From Anaeromyxobacteraceae bacterium (GTDB lineage Bacteria > Myxococcota > Myxococcia > Myxococcales > Anaeromyxobacteraceae): 64,000 bases of DNA. Made by a program: the position numbers and the translations under genes. Location: positions 64,001 through 128,000 of the forward strand of contig JAULAX010000018.1 in assembly GCA_032654565.1 (NCBI GenBank), given 5' to 3'. Numbering within the stretch: the stretch's first letter is position 1; each line of letters begins with the position of its first letter. Shown here piece by piece: positions 47,764 through 57,518 of the stretch. The notes beneath the pieces were generated by a model, which was not told where the DNA came from, did not search any database, and saw only the letters and a list, made by a program, of their open reading frames with translations.

Positions 47764-49668
47764 GTGAGCGGCACCAGCCCAGCCCGGCGCCTCGCCGGCC
47801 TCCTCCTCGCGGCCCTGGCCGGGAGCGCCGGGGCCGAACCCGCGCCCCCGCCCTGTCCGGCCGGCGGCGACGCCTTCCGCTCCCCCAGCGCCGTGGCCCA
47901 CTACCTGGAGGCGCGGCTGGCCGGGCTGCGCGGCGATCACCCGCAGGCGGCCGAGGAGCTGCGGCTGGCGGTGATCTTCGACGAGGGGAGCGCCGAGCTG
48001 CGCGCCGCCCACGCCGAGGCGCTGGCCGCCGCCGGCCGGCTCGAAGCCGCCGAGGCGGAGGCGCGGCGAGCGCTGGCCTGTGACGGGAGCGGGCGGGCGG
48101 CCTCGTCGGCGCGGCTGCTGCTGGGCCGGATGCTGGTGGCCCGGGGGCAGGTGGAGCCGGCCCTCCTCGAGCTGCGCGCCGCCATGGCCATCGAGGCGGC
48201 CCGCGCCGCCGGGGGCGAGCGCGGCGACCCCGAGGCCTGGCGGCTGGCGGCCGGGCTCCAGGTGGAGGCGGGCGACCTCGACGGGGCCCGGGCGACGCTG
48301 GGGGCGGCGGTGGCGGCGGTGGGGGCCGACGGCGGCGGCCTCCGCGAGCTGGGGCGGCTGCTCCTGACGCGGCGCGACCCGGCCCGGGCCGAGGCGCCGC
48401 TGCGCCGCGCCGTGGAGGTGGATCCCGGAGACCTGGAGGGCTGGCGGCTGCTGGCGCAGGCGGACGAGGCGCTGCGCCACCGGGCCCCGGCCCGGGCCGA
48501 CTGGCTGGCGCTGCTGCGGCTCGATCCGGAGGACGCCGAGGCCCTGCTCGGGCTCGGCCGCCTGGCGCTGCAGGAGGACGACGTGGCCGCCGGCGAGGAG
48601 TGGTTCCGTCGCCACCTGCGCGCCGCGGGGGAGGGGACCGAGCCGCGGCTGCGCGTCGCCTTCGAGTGGCTGGAGGCGCGGCGGCCCGAGGCGGCGCTCC
48701 GGGTGGCGCGGGACGGGCTGGCGGCGGCGTCCGGCGAGGCCCGGCTGCTGCTGGTGGCCGGGCTGGCGCTCCACGACCTGCGCCGCTGGCCGGAGGCGGC
48801 GGCGCTGCTCGGCCAGGTCTCCCCCGGCGCCGGCGACCTCTGGTTCTCGGCGCGGGTCACCATGGCCAACGCCCTCTCCCGCGCCGGGCGCCACGAGGAG
48901 GCGTTGGCGGCGCTGGCGGCGCCGCTGACGGCCCGCCCCGGCGAGCCGCGCCTGGTGACGCTCCGGGCCACGGTGCTGATCCGGACCGGGCGGGTGGCCG
49001 AGGCGGTGGCGCTGCTCACCGAGCAGCGCGCCGACCGGATCCGGCTCGGCGACCTGGCGGCGCTGGTGGAGATCGAGGAGGCCCTGGCCGAGGCGCTGGT
49101 GCGCGCCGGCCGGGCCGCGGAGGCGGTGGACGGGCTGCGGGCCGCCGTCGAGGCCCAGCCCGGCGAGCTGGAGCTCCGCTACGCGCTGGGGGCGGCCCTG
49201 GCCAGGGCCGGGAGGCCCGCCGAGGCGGTGGTGGAGATGCGGGCCCTGCTGGCCCTCGACCCGGAGAACCCCGAGGCGCTCAACTTCGTCGGCTACCACT
49301 GGGTGGAGCAGGGGGTCCGGCTCGACGAGGCCGAGGCCCTGCTGCGCCGGGCGCTGGCGGCGGCCCCGCGCCGCGGTCACATCGTCGACTCGCTCGGCTG
49401 GCTGATGCTGCGCCGGGGCCAGGCGGGGCGGGCGGTGGAGCTGCTGGAGCGGGCCGTCCAGCTCTCCGGCCCGGATCCGGCGGTGCTCGACCACCTCGGC
49501 GACGCCTACCGCGCCGCCGGCCGCCCCGCCGACGCCGCGGCCACCTGGCGCCGGGCCCTGGGCGGCTTCGGCGACGAGCCGCCCGCCGAGCAGCTCCGGC
49601 TGCGGTCGGCGCTGGAGCGGAAGCTCTCCGGCGCCGCGGCCCCGGCGCTGCGCCCGGTGGCGCGCTGA
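47764..49668 (+). CDS. Exported tetratricopeptide repeat protein
   Basis: Signal peptide; ALNFVGY, HIVDSLGW, VLDHLGDAY TPRs. Confidence 0.88.
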   Translation: MSGTSPARRLAGLLLAALAGSAGAEPAPPPCPAGGDAFRSPSAVAHYLEARLAGLRGDHPQAAEELRLAVIFDEGSAELRAAHAEALAAAGRLEAAEAEARRALACDGSGRAASSARLLLGRMLVARGQVEPALLELRAAMAIEAARAAGGERGDPEAWRLAAGLQVEAGDLDGARATLGAAVAAVGADGGGLRELGRLLLTRRDPARAEAPLRRAVEVDPGDLEGWRLLAQADEALRHRAPARADWLALLRLDPEDAEALLGLGRLALQEDDVAAGEEWFRRHLRAAGEGTEPRLRVAFEWLEARRPEAALRVARDGLAAASGEARLLLVAGLALHDLRRWPEAAALLGQVSPGAGDLWFSARVTMANALSRAGRHEEALAALAAPLTARPGEPRLVTLRATVLIRTGRVAEAVALLTEQRADRIRLGDLAALVEIEEALAEALVRAGRAAEAVDGLRAAVEAQPGELELRYALGAALARAGRPAEAVVEMRALLALDPENPEALNFVGYHWVEQGVRLDEAEALLRRALAAAPRRGHIVDSLGWLMLRRGQAGRAVELLERAVQLSGPDPAVLDHLGDAYRAAGRPADAAATWRRALGGFGDEPPAEQLRLRSALERKLSGAAAPALRPVAR

Positions 49669-49763
49669 GTGCGCTGCCACGGCGCCCGCGGCGCCGGCCC
49701 GCCCCAAGCGTCCGCTCACTCCCGGTTGACGCCCTCCCGGCCCGCTCCTAGGTTCCGGGTGAG

Positions 49764-50624
49764 ATGAACGCCCCGCCGTTTCCAGCCGCCTCCGAGGCGA
49801 CCCACGACGAGGGGTTCCTCCACTCGGTGGACCACACCCGGCTCTACTGGCGGCGCTACCGGCCTCCTGCGCCGCGGGCCACGGTGGCGGTCTTCCACGG
49901 CGGCGGCGACCACTCCGGGCGTTACCCCGCCCTGGCCGGCGCCCTGGTCCAGGCCGGCTTCACGGTGGCGCTGGTCGACTTCCGCGGCCACGGCCAGTCC
50001 GACGGCCGCCGCTGGGCCATCGACTCCTTCTCCGACTACCTCGCCGACGCCGACACCTTCCTCCACGCCCAGCGCGCCGGCCCGCGGCGGCTCTTCGTGG
50101 TGGGGCTGGGGGCCGGGGCCCTGATCGCGGCCCGCTGGGCGCTGGCCCGGGCCGGGCAGGCCGACGGCTTCGTCTTCGCCTCGCCGCTCTTCGGCTTCGG
50201 CCCGGAGGCCGCGCCCCGGAGCCGGTGGCCGGCCGCGGTGCTGGGGCGGGCGGTGCCCAGGCTCAGGCTGGCGGCCCGGGTCGAGGTCGCGGCGCTCACC
50301 GCCGACCCGGCGCTGCAGGCCTGGATCGCCGTCGACCCGCTGCGCGGCACCTCCACCTCGGCGCGCTGGTTGAGCGCCTCGGTGGCCGCCCAGCGGGAGG
50401 TGCTGGCGGCGGCGCCGCGCTTCACCGGGCCGCTGCTCCTGCTGGAGGGCGGGGACGACCGGATCGCCGACCTGGTCCAGGGCCGCCGCTTCTTCGACGA
50501 GGCCGGCTCGCAGGACAAGAAGCTGGTGATCTACGAGGGGTTCCGCCACGAGCTGTTCAACGAGCGCGACCGCCAGCGGCCGCTCGCCGACACCGTGGCG
50601 TGGCTCTCGGAGCGGTCGGGCTGA
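49764..50624 (+). CDS. Alpha/beta hydrolase, lysophospholipase-like (AgmH position), nucleophile Ser apparently lost
   Basis: HGGGDHSGRY, DFRGHGQS, RHELFNE; GxSxG reads GLGAG. Confidence 0.85.
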   Translation: MNAPPFPAASEATHDEGFLHSVDHTRLYWRRYRPPAPRATVAVFHGGGDHSGRYPALAGALVQAGFTVALVDFRGHGQSDGRRWAIDSFSDYLADADTFLHAQRAGPRRLFVVGLGAGALIAARWALARAGQADGFVFASPLFGFGPEAAPRSRWPAAVLGRAVPRLRLAARVEVAALTADPALQAWIAVDPLRGTSTSARWLSASVAAQREVLAAAPRFTGPLLLLEGGDDRIADLVQGRRFFDEAGSQDKKLVIYEGFRHELFNERDRQRPLADTVAWLSERSG

Positions 50625-50762
50625 GCGGCGGGCCGTGTGATTGGCGTTGACGCCACGTCGACCCCCCCCTATCCTCCTCAGGTTCCCCCCGGTCCGGCGA
50701 CCCCCCGGCGCGTTTCGCGCCCTCGCCGCCGGGCCCAAGCAGTCCTGGAGGAGTCCAAGGTC

Positions 50763-51131
50763 ATGGCAGGCATTGAAAAGGCGAGCGCGCCCCGCAGCGG
50801 CGCGCACACCGTCATCGGGAGCTCGATCGTCATCGACGGCGAGATCTCCGGCGACGAGGACCTGGTCATCCAGGGCACGGTGAAGGGGCGCATCTCGCTG
50901 AAGGAGAGCCTCTACGTCGAGTCCTCCGGCGTCATCGAGGCCGACATCGAGACCGCCAACGTCGAGGTGTCCGGGCAGGTGACCGGGAACATCGCCGCCA
51001 GCGACAAGGTCGAGCTCAAGGCCGACTGCAAGGTGGTCGGCGACATCCGCTCGCCGCGCATCCTCATCGCCGACGGCGCGGTCTTCAAGGGCAACGTGGA
51101 CATGGACGTCAAGGAAGCGAAGGGGAAGTGA
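50763..51131 (+). CDS. Bactofilin (BacN/BacO-like)
   Basis: TVIGSSIVIDGEISGDEDLVIQGTVKG...GAVFKGNVDM. Confidence 0.93.
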   Translation: MAGIEKASAPRSGAHTVIGSSIVIDGEISGDEDLVIQGTVKGRISLKESLYVESSGVIEADIETANVEVSGQVTGNIAASDKVELKADCKVVGDIRSPRILIADGAVFKGNVDMDVKEAKGK

Positions 51132-51133
51132 CC

Positions 51134-51685
51134 ATGGCCACCACCGACGGCACCACCATCATCGGCGAATCGATCCTCATCAGCGGCAGCCTGGCCGGCG
51201 ACGAGGACCTGACGGTCCGCGGCCGCGTCGAGGGGACGCTGACCCTGACCCGCACCCTGGTCGTCGAGCCCACCGGCATGGTCAAGGCCGAGGTCCAGGT
51301 CAAGAACTGCATCATCGCCGGCATCGTGGTCGGCAACGTCACCGCCACCGAGTCGGTGGAGATCACCAAGGAAGGGCGGATGGTCGGCGACATCGCCGCC
51401 CCGCGGGTGATCATCGTCGACGGCGCCAGCTTCCGCGGCCGCATCGACATGGGCGAGGTGGACGTGGGCAGCGAGCGGCGGGTCAGCGCTCCGGCCCGCG
51501 CCGCGGCCCCGGCCCGCGCCACCGCCCCGGCCCGCCCCAGCCTCCGCCCCGCGGCCCCGACCCGGGCGCCGCAGGGGAAGAAGGCGGAGGCCCCGGCCGC
51601 CCAGCCCTCGCGCCCCTCGGTCCCGCCGGCGCCGGTGGCCATGGGCTCGGTCAAGCGCAAGGTCATCGTCAAGACCAAGAAGTAG
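51134..51685 (+). CDS. bacP: Bactofilin with Pro/Ala-rich basic C-terminal tail (BacP-like)
   Basis: Bactofilin core plus tail ending KRKVIVKTKK; upstream of a ParB-like gene. Confidence 0.8.
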   Translation: MATTDGTTIIGESILISGSLAGDEDLTVRGRVEGTLTLTRTLVVEPTGMVKAEVQVKNCIIAGIVVGNVTATESVEITKEGRMVGDIAAPRVIIVDGASFRGRIDMGEVDVGSERRVSAPARAAAPARATAPARPSLRPAAPTRAPQGKKAEAPAAQPSRPSVPPAPVAMGSVKRKVIVKTKK

Positions 51686-51697
51686 CCCGGGAGGTCC

Positions 51698-52480
51698 GTG
51701 GAGCTCGTCCCGCGCACCACGGCTCCGGCCCACGCCACGGGCGTCGTCGAGTTCGTCCCGCTGGCCCTGCTCTCCGCCGACCCCACCTTCCGGCTCCGGC
51801 CGGAGGGCGAGGTGGCGGCGCTGGCCGGCTCGATCGCCCGGCTCGGCCAGCTCAGCCCCATCGAGCTCCGTCCGCTCCCCGCCGCCGCCGGTGGCGGGGA
51901 CCTGGGCGTCCCCGGTGCCGCGCGCTACCAGGTGGTGGCCGGCTTCCGCCGCCTGGCGGCGGTGCGGCTGCTGGCCCGGGGGCGCGTCCTGGCCCGGGTC
52001 CACGCCGCCCTCGACGACGAGGACGCCTGGGCCATGGCGCTGGCCGACGCCCTGCTGGGCGAGCCGCTGGCCGCCGCCGAGCTGGAGTCGCTGCGCCTGC
52101 GCCTGGCCGGGCTGGGGGCCGCCCCCTGGGCCGCCGAGCTGGTGGACGAGGCGCTGGTGCGGTCCCCGGTGGCGCCCGAGCTGCGGGAGCGGTTCCTCGC
52201 CTTCCTGCAGGGGCAGGGGCCGGGACCGGCGCCGGTCGACCCGCCCGACGCCGCCGCCCAGGACGCCGCCAGCGCCGCCGCCGCCACCGACGGCCCCGAG
52301 GAGGTCACCCCGGCCGAGCTGGCCGAGGCGGTGGCCAGCGGCCTCTGGACCGTGGGCCAGGACCTCGACCTGGCGGTGGACGCCTGGGCCGACCTGCCCG
52401 AACATGGCCGCCGACAGATCACCGAGCAGCTCCGCTACCTGGCCGAGCTGCACGCCTACCTCTCCGGAGCCCGACCATGA
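51698..52480 (+). CDS. padC: ParB-like adaptor PadC
   Basis: FRLRPEGEVAALAGSIARLGQLSPI...YQVVAGFRRLAA; synteny with bactofilins. Confidence 0.8.
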   Translation: MELVPRTTAPAHATGVVEFVPLALLSADPTFRLRPEGEVAALAGSIARLGQLSPIELRPLPAAAGGGDLGVPGAARYQVVAGFRRLAAVRLLARGRVLARVHAALDDEDAWAMALADALLGEPLAAAELESLRLRLAGLGAAPWAAELVDEALVRSPVAPELRERFLAFLQGQGPGPAPVDPPDAAAQDAASAAAATDGPEEVTPAELAEAVASGLWTVGQDLDLAVDAWADLPEHGRRQITEQLRYLAELHAYLSGARP

Positions 52481-53037
52481 GCCTCGAGACCGACCGAGCC
52501 CGCCTCCTCGAGCTGCTGCGCCAGCTCTCCTTCGAGCGGCGCACCGTGACCCTGGCCTCCGGGAAGGAGAGCGACTTCTACATCGACTGCAAGCGGACGG
52601 CGCTCACCGCCGAGGGGCACGTGCTGGTGGGGCGCTGCCTGCTGGCCGAGGTGCTGGCGGTGCAGCCGCTGGTGCGGGCGGTGGGCGGCCTGACGCTGGG
52701 CGCCGACCCCATCGCCAGCGCCATCGCCCTCACCAGCTCGCTCCAGGGCCACCCGGTGGACGCCTTCATCGTCCGCAAGGAGCCGAAGGGGCACGGCACC
52801 GGCCAGTGGATCGAGGGGCGAAGGACCATCCCCGACGGCAGCCGGGTCATCGTGCTCGAGGACGTGGTGACCACCGGCGGGTCGGCGCTCAAGGCCATCG
52901 AGCGCTGCCGCGCCGAGAAGCTGGAGGTGGTGGCCTGCCTGGCGCTGGTCGACCGGCTGGAGGGCGGGCGCCAGGCCATCGAGGCCTCGGGCGTGCCGCT
53001 CCGCTCCCTCTTCACCCGCACGGACTTCCTGCCATGA
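52477..53037 (+). CDS. pyrE: Orotate phosphoribosyltransferase
   Basis: LASGKESDFYIDC, VRKEPKGHG, LEDVVTTGGS. Confidence 0.96.
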   Translation: MSLETDRARLLELLRQLSFERRTVTLASGKESDFYIDCKRTALTAEGHVLVGRCLLAEVLAVQPLVRAVGGLTLGADPIASAIALTSSLQGHPVDAFIVRKEPKGHGTGQWIEGRRTIPDGSRVIVLEDVVTTGGSALKAIERCRAEKLEVVACLALVDRLEGGRQAIEASGVPLRSLFTRTDFLP

Positions 53038-53666
53038 CCCGGGCCGGCGCGATGGTGGTGGTGGTGGCGGTGCTGGCGGCCGGCTGCGGCCTGAACACCC
53101 AGCTGCGCCGGGCCCCCGCCCAGGGACCCGAGGCGGGCGACTGGAGCCGGCTGCGCGACGCCGCCTCCCGGCGGGCCACCCTCTACGACGGGCTGGTCCA
53201 CCGGGCCAACGCCTCGGCCACCTGGTTCTCGCCGCCGGTCCGCGAGTCGAGCCTGCGGCTGCTGGCCGAGTGGCAGGCCAAGGGCGAGGCCGAGACCGAG
53301 CAGGCGGTGGCCTTGGGCCGGGCCGAGGACGCCCGGGGCGAGGAGTTCGTGGTGGCGCTCTACACCGCCGACCGGCGCGTCAACGACCTCGACTCCAAGA
53401 AGAGCGTCTGGCACGTCGAGCTCGACGACGGCCAGGTCCGGGTGCCGGCGTCGGAGATCACCGCGATCGGCAGCGACGCCAACCTCCGCCAGCTGCTCCC
53501 CTACCTGGATCCCTTCGACCTGGTCTACCGGGTGCGCGTCGCCTGGACCGGGGCGCCGCTCCAGGGGCGCCCCTTCAAGCTCCGCATCTCCGGCGGGGTC
53601 GGCGCGCTGGTGCTCGACTTCGGCCCCGACGGGAGCCAGCCGTTCCCGTCCCGCATGGCCCCCTGA
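53034..53666 (+). CDS. Hypothetical lipoprotein
   Basis: Lipobox LAAGC; ATGA overlap with pyrE. Confidence 0.75.
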   Translation: MTRAGAMVVVVAVLAAGCGLNTQLRRAPAQGPEAGDWSRLRDAASRRATLYDGLVHRANASATWFSPPVRESSLRLLAEWQAKGEAETEQAVALGRAEDARGEEFVVALYTADRRVNDLDSKKSVWHVELDDGQVRVPASEITAIGSDANLRQLLPYLDPFDLVYRVRVAWTGAPLQGRPFKLRISGGVGALVLDFGPDGSQPFPSRMAP

Positions 53667-53675
53667 GGGCGCGGC

Positions 53676-55289
53676 TCAGCGCGCCTGCTCGGCGTCGCCC
53701 AGCGTCATCACCGTGTCGCGCCGCTGCTTCTCGTCGGCGGCCGGGAAGTCGAGCACGTAGTGGAGGCCGCGCGACTCCTTGCGGCGGCGGGCGCACTCGA
53801 CGATGAGCATGGCCACGTCGGCGAGGTTGCGCAGCTCCACCAGGTCGGGCGTCACCTGGTACTGCCAGTAGTAGTCGCGGATCTCGGCGCGCAGGTTGGC
53901 GATGCGGCTGCGGGCCCGCTCCAGCCGCTTCTGGGTGCGGACGATGCCCACGTAGTTCCACATGGTGCGGCGCACCTCGTCCCAGTTGTGCGCCACCACC
54001 ACCCCCTCGTCGGGGGCCAGGGCGTCGCCGGGGTTCCAGTCGGGGATGGCCGGGGCCGGGCCGGTGGCGTCGGAGAGGGCGTCGACGGCGCGGAGCGCGG
54101 CCCGGCGGCCGAAGACCAGCCCCTCCAGCAGCGAGTTGGAGGCCAGCCGGTTGGCGCCGTGCAGGCCGGTGCAGGCCACCTCGCCCACCGCGAAGAGCCC
54201 GGGGAGCGAGGTGCGCCCCATCAGGTCGGTGACCACCCCGCCGCACATGTAGTGGGCGGCCGGGACCACCGGGATGGGCTGGACGGTCATGTCCACGCCG
54301 AACTCCTTGATGGTGGCGTGGATGTAGGGGAAGTGCTCGAGCAGGAACGCCTTGGGCAGGTGCGTCATGTCGAGGAAGGCGCAGTCGTCGCCGCGCCGCT
54401 TGATCTCGGCGTCGATGGAGCGGGCCACGATGTCGCGCGGGGCCAGCTCCTTGCGCGGGTCGTAGCGGGCCATGAAGGCCTCGCCGGCGGCGTTGCGCAG
54501 GACGCCGCCCTCGCCGCGCAGCGCCTCGGAGATGAGGAAGCTCTTGGCCTGGGGGTGGAAGAGCGCGGTGGGGTGGAACTGGAAGAACTCCATGTTGGCG
54601 ACGGCCGCGCCGGCCCGCCAGGCCATGGCCACCCCGTCGCCGGTGCCGACGTCGGGGCTGGTGGTGTAGAGGTAGACCTTGCCGGCGCCGCCGGTGGCCA
54701 GCACCGTGACCCCGGCGGAGATGGTGGAGATGGCGCCGCCGTCGCGGGAGAGGACGTAGGCCCCCACGGCGCGGTTGGGGCCGCCCAGCCCCAGCTTGCC
54801 GCTGGTGATCAGGTCGACCGCCACGGCGTCCTCGACGATGCGGACGCCGCGGGCGTCGCAGGCGGCCAGCAGGGCCCGCTCCACCTCGCGGCCGGTGGCG
54901 TCCTTGGCGTGGGCGATGCGGCGGCGGGAGTGGCCGCCCTCGCGGGTGAGGTGGAGGTCGGCCCCCTCGCGGTCGAACTCGACGCCCAGGGAGAGGAGCC
55001 AGCGGATCCGCTCCGGCCCCTCGCGCACCGTCACCTCGACCGCCTCGCGGTTGCAGAGGCCGGCGCCGGCCACCAGGGTGTCCTCGACGTGCAGCTCGAA
55101 CTGGTCGTCCCGGGCCAGCACGCTGGCGATGCCGCCCTGCGCGTACTGCGTGGAGCCCTCCCACCGCTGGCGCTTGGTCAGGACCAGCACCGAGCCGTGG
55201 CCGGCCACCTCGAGCGCGAAGGAGAGGCCGGCGATGCCGCCGCCCAGGACCAGGAAGTCGACATGTTCGCGGGGGGGGAGCGCGCTCAT
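53676..55289 (-). CDS. nadB: L-aspartate oxidase
   Basis: AQGGIA, TREGGHS, QFHPT, SEALRGEG, HGANRLASNSLLE, ESRGLH. Confidence 0.97.
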   Translation of the reverse strand: MSALPPREHVDFLVLGGGIAGLSFALEVAGHGSVLVLTKRQRWEGSTQYAQGGIASVLARDDQFELHVEDTLVAGAGLCNREAVEVTVREGPERIRWLLSLGVEFDREGADLHLTREGGHSRRRIAHAKDATGREVERALLAACDARGVRIVEDAVAVDLITSGKLGLGGPNRAVGAYVLSRDGGAISTISAGVTVLATGGAGKVYLYTTSPDVGTGDGVAMAWRAGAAVANMEFFQFHPTALFHPQAKSFLISEALRGEGGVLRNAAGEAFMARYDPRKELAPRDIVARSIDAEIKRRGDDCAFLDMTHLPKAFLLEHFPYIHATIKEFGVDMTVQPIPVVPAAHYMCGGVVTDLMGRTSLPGLFAVGEVACTGLHGANRLASNSLLEGLVFGRRAALRAVDALSDATGPAPAIPDWNPGDALAPDEGVVVAHNWDEVRRTMWNYVGIVRTQKRLERARSRIANLRAEIRDYYWQYQVTPDLVELRNLADVAMLIVECARRRKESRGLHYVLDFPAADEKQRRDTVMTLGDAEQAR

Positions 55290-55360
55290 CCCGGAGATCT
55301 AGCACGGGCGGGGGAGGGAAAGTTGTCCGGGCCGGTGCCGCCCTGCTACGTTCGAGGACC

Positions 55361-56002
55361 ATGGGGTGGCCCACACCACACGCCGGCTGGATGGCGCTCT
55401 GCCTGCTCGCCGCGCCGCTCGCGGCCGGTGCGGCCGAGGCCATGTGCACCTACACCGACGCCGACGGCATCCTGGTGGTCAGCAACGTCTCCACCCACCC
55501 GGCCTGCCGCCAGGTCCGGCGCACCAACAACGTGGCCGGGCTCTACCGCCCCGCCGGGCCGAGCCGGGGACCGCCGGAGAGCCGCGCCCTGCCGGCGGCG
55601 GGTCGCCCCGGGCCGTACCTCGAGCACATCCGCAGCTCGGCCGAGAAGTACAAGCTGCCCCAGGCGCTGATCCTGGCGGTGATGGCGGTGGAGTCCAACT
55701 TCGATCCGCGGGCCCTCTCCGACAAGGGGGCCATGGGGCTGATGCAGCTGATGCCGGCCACCGCCCGCGAGCTCTACGTCACCGACGCCTGGGACCCCTC
55801 GCAGAACATCGACGGCGGCACCCGCTACCTGCGCCTGCTGGCCAACCAGTACGCCGGCGACGTGATCCGGATGCTGGCCGCCTACAACGCCGGGCCGGAC
55901 GCGGTGCGGCGGGCCGGCGACACCGTGCCGGACATCCCCGAGACCAAGGAGTACGTCCGCAAGGTGGTGGCGCTGTACCAGGCCTACAAGGCAGGGCGGT
56001 GA
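55361..56002 (+). CDS. Lytic transglycosylase (Slt domain)
   Basis: VESNF, GAMGLMQLMP, AAYNAG, ETKEYV. Confidence 0.92.
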   Translation: MGWPTPHAGWMALCLLAAPLAAGAAEAMCTYTDADGILVVSNVSTHPACRQVRRTNNVAGLYRPAGPSRGPPESRALPAAGRPGPYLEHIRSSAEKYKLPQALILAVMAVESNFDPRALSDKGAMGLMQLMPATARELYVTDAWDPSQNIDGGTRYLRLLANQYAGDVIRMLAAYNAGPDAVRRAGDTVPDIPETKEYVRKVVALYQAYKAGR

Positions 56003-56003
56003 G

Positions 56004-57518
56004 ATGGCCTTCGACGACGCCGTCACGGCCTTGGAGATCGAGTTCCAGCGACTGCTGGCCCGGGGCGGCGAGGCCACCGCCCGCGGCGAGCTGGAGCCGG
56101 CCCGCGAGGCCCTCGAGGAGGCGCTGGCCATCCGCTCGCGCGACCCGCAGGTGCTGGGGCTGCTCGGGCAGGTCTTCTACCGGCTGACCCGCTACGAGGA
56201 CGCCGCCGTGGCCTGGCAGCGGCTGGTGGACGACAACCCGGTGGAGCCGGGGGCGCGCGTCAACCTCGGGCTGGCCTGGCTGAAGGCGCGCCAGTACGAC
56301 GAGGCGGTCAAGCAGCTGCGCATCGCCCTCGACCTCAACCCCGAGCACCGCAAGGCGGCCGGCTACCTCGGCCTGGCCTGGCTGGAGCTGGGGCAGCCTC
56401 ACCGGGCCCGCGAGTGGTTCGTGAAGGCGGGCAGCGAGCAGATGGTGGCCCGCTGCGACGACCTGCTGGCCGCGCCCGCCGAGGTGGCGGCGCTGGAGCC
56501 GACGCCGGAGCAGCCGGAGGAGGAGGCGGAGGCGCGGGCCTGGACGCCGCCCACCTGGGGGACGCCGGCGGAGGTCGCCCCGGCGCCGACCGGTGCGCCG
56601 TCCGAGGCGCCGGAGGTCGGACCGTCCGCCGCGCCGCAGGTGGCGCCGGAGCCGCGCCTGGACCTGGGGCTCGGCCTCGGGCTGGGGCTGGAGCTGGAGA
56701 CGGGGCCCGGTCCGGCGGCGGCGACCGCGCCGGCGGTGGAGGACCTGTCGGCGCCCGCGCCCGAGCCGGACGTCGGTGCGGACGTCGAGTCCGCGGCCCG
56801 CGAACCCGCGGCCGGCGAACCGATCGTGCCCCTGGAGGCGCCGGCCGAGCCGTCGTTCGACGCCGTCGCGGGCGCGATGCCCACCCTGTCGGGCTTCGCG
56901 GCGGCGCGCCAGGTCCAGGGACCGGCCGGCCAGGTCTTCGTGGCCGAGGGGGCGACGCTCACCGTCAACGTCCACGGCGAGCTGCTCTGCCGCCTGGCCG
57001 GGCTGGCGGCCTGGCGCGGCGAGCTGGCCTTCGCCGGCGAGGTGAAGCGGTTCCGCGGCCTGGCCACCGACAAGCCGTTCGGCGAGCCGCCCGAGCAGAT
57101 GCACCGGGTGGTCGGGGAGGGGCTGGTGGTGCTGCGGGCCGCCGGCCGGCGCTTCACGGTGCTGGAGCTGGGCGGCGAGACCGGCTACTTCCGCGAGGCG
57201 GTGGTCTTCGGCTTCCAGGAGCAGGTGGCCTTCGAGAACGGGCGGCTGCCCTCGGCGTCGGGCGGGCTGGATCTGGTCCACCTGCGCGGCCGCGGCCGGC
57301 TGGTGCTGGTGACGCGCGGCGAGCCGGTGGCGGTGGCGGTGACCCCGGCCTCGCCGGTCCACGTGCCGCTGGCGTCGCTGGTGGGCTGGACCGGGGCGCT
57401 CACCCCGCGCATCGAGCCGCTCTTCGCCGGCGGCGCCGACGAGGCCGTCGAGATCAGCGGCGAGGGGCGGGTGCTGGTCGATCCCGGCCCCACCGACCGG
57501 CGCGGAGACCGGGCGTGA
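56004..57518 (+). CDS. TPR protein with acidic Pro-rich linker and AIM24-like C-terminal domain
   Basis: N-terminal TPRs; FREAVVFGF, DLVHLRGRGRLVL, LVGWTG, GEGRVLV. Confidence 0.75.
   Translation: MAFDDAVTALEIEFQRLLARGGEATARGELEPAREALEEALAIRSRDPQVLGLLGQVFYRLTRYEDAAVAWQRLVDDNPVEPGARVNLGLAWLKARQYDEAVKQLRIALDLNPEHRKAAGYLGLAWLELGQPHRAREWFVKAGSEQMVARCDDLLAAPAEVAALEPTPEQPEEEAEARAWTPPTWGTPAEVAPAPTGAPSEAPEVGPSAAPQVAPEPRLDLGLGLGLGLELETGPGPAAATAPAVEDLSAPAPEPDVGADVESAAREPAAGEPIVPLEAPAEPSFDAVAGAMPTLSGFAAARQVQGPAGQVFVAEGATLTVNVHGELLCRLAGLAAWRGELAFAGEVKRFRGLATDKPFGEPPEQMHRVVGEGLVVLRAAGRRFTVLELGGETGYFREAVVFGFQEQVAFENGRLPSASGGLDLVHLRGRGRLVLVTRGEPVAVAVTPASPVHVPLASLVGWTGALTPRIEPLFAGGADEAVEISGEGRVLVDPGPTDRRGDRA

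Noticed and set aside
56655..56700. CTGGGG-type repeats (LGLGLGLGL)
   Set aside because: Low-complexity linker inside the TPR/AIM24 protein; no sign of a separate element.
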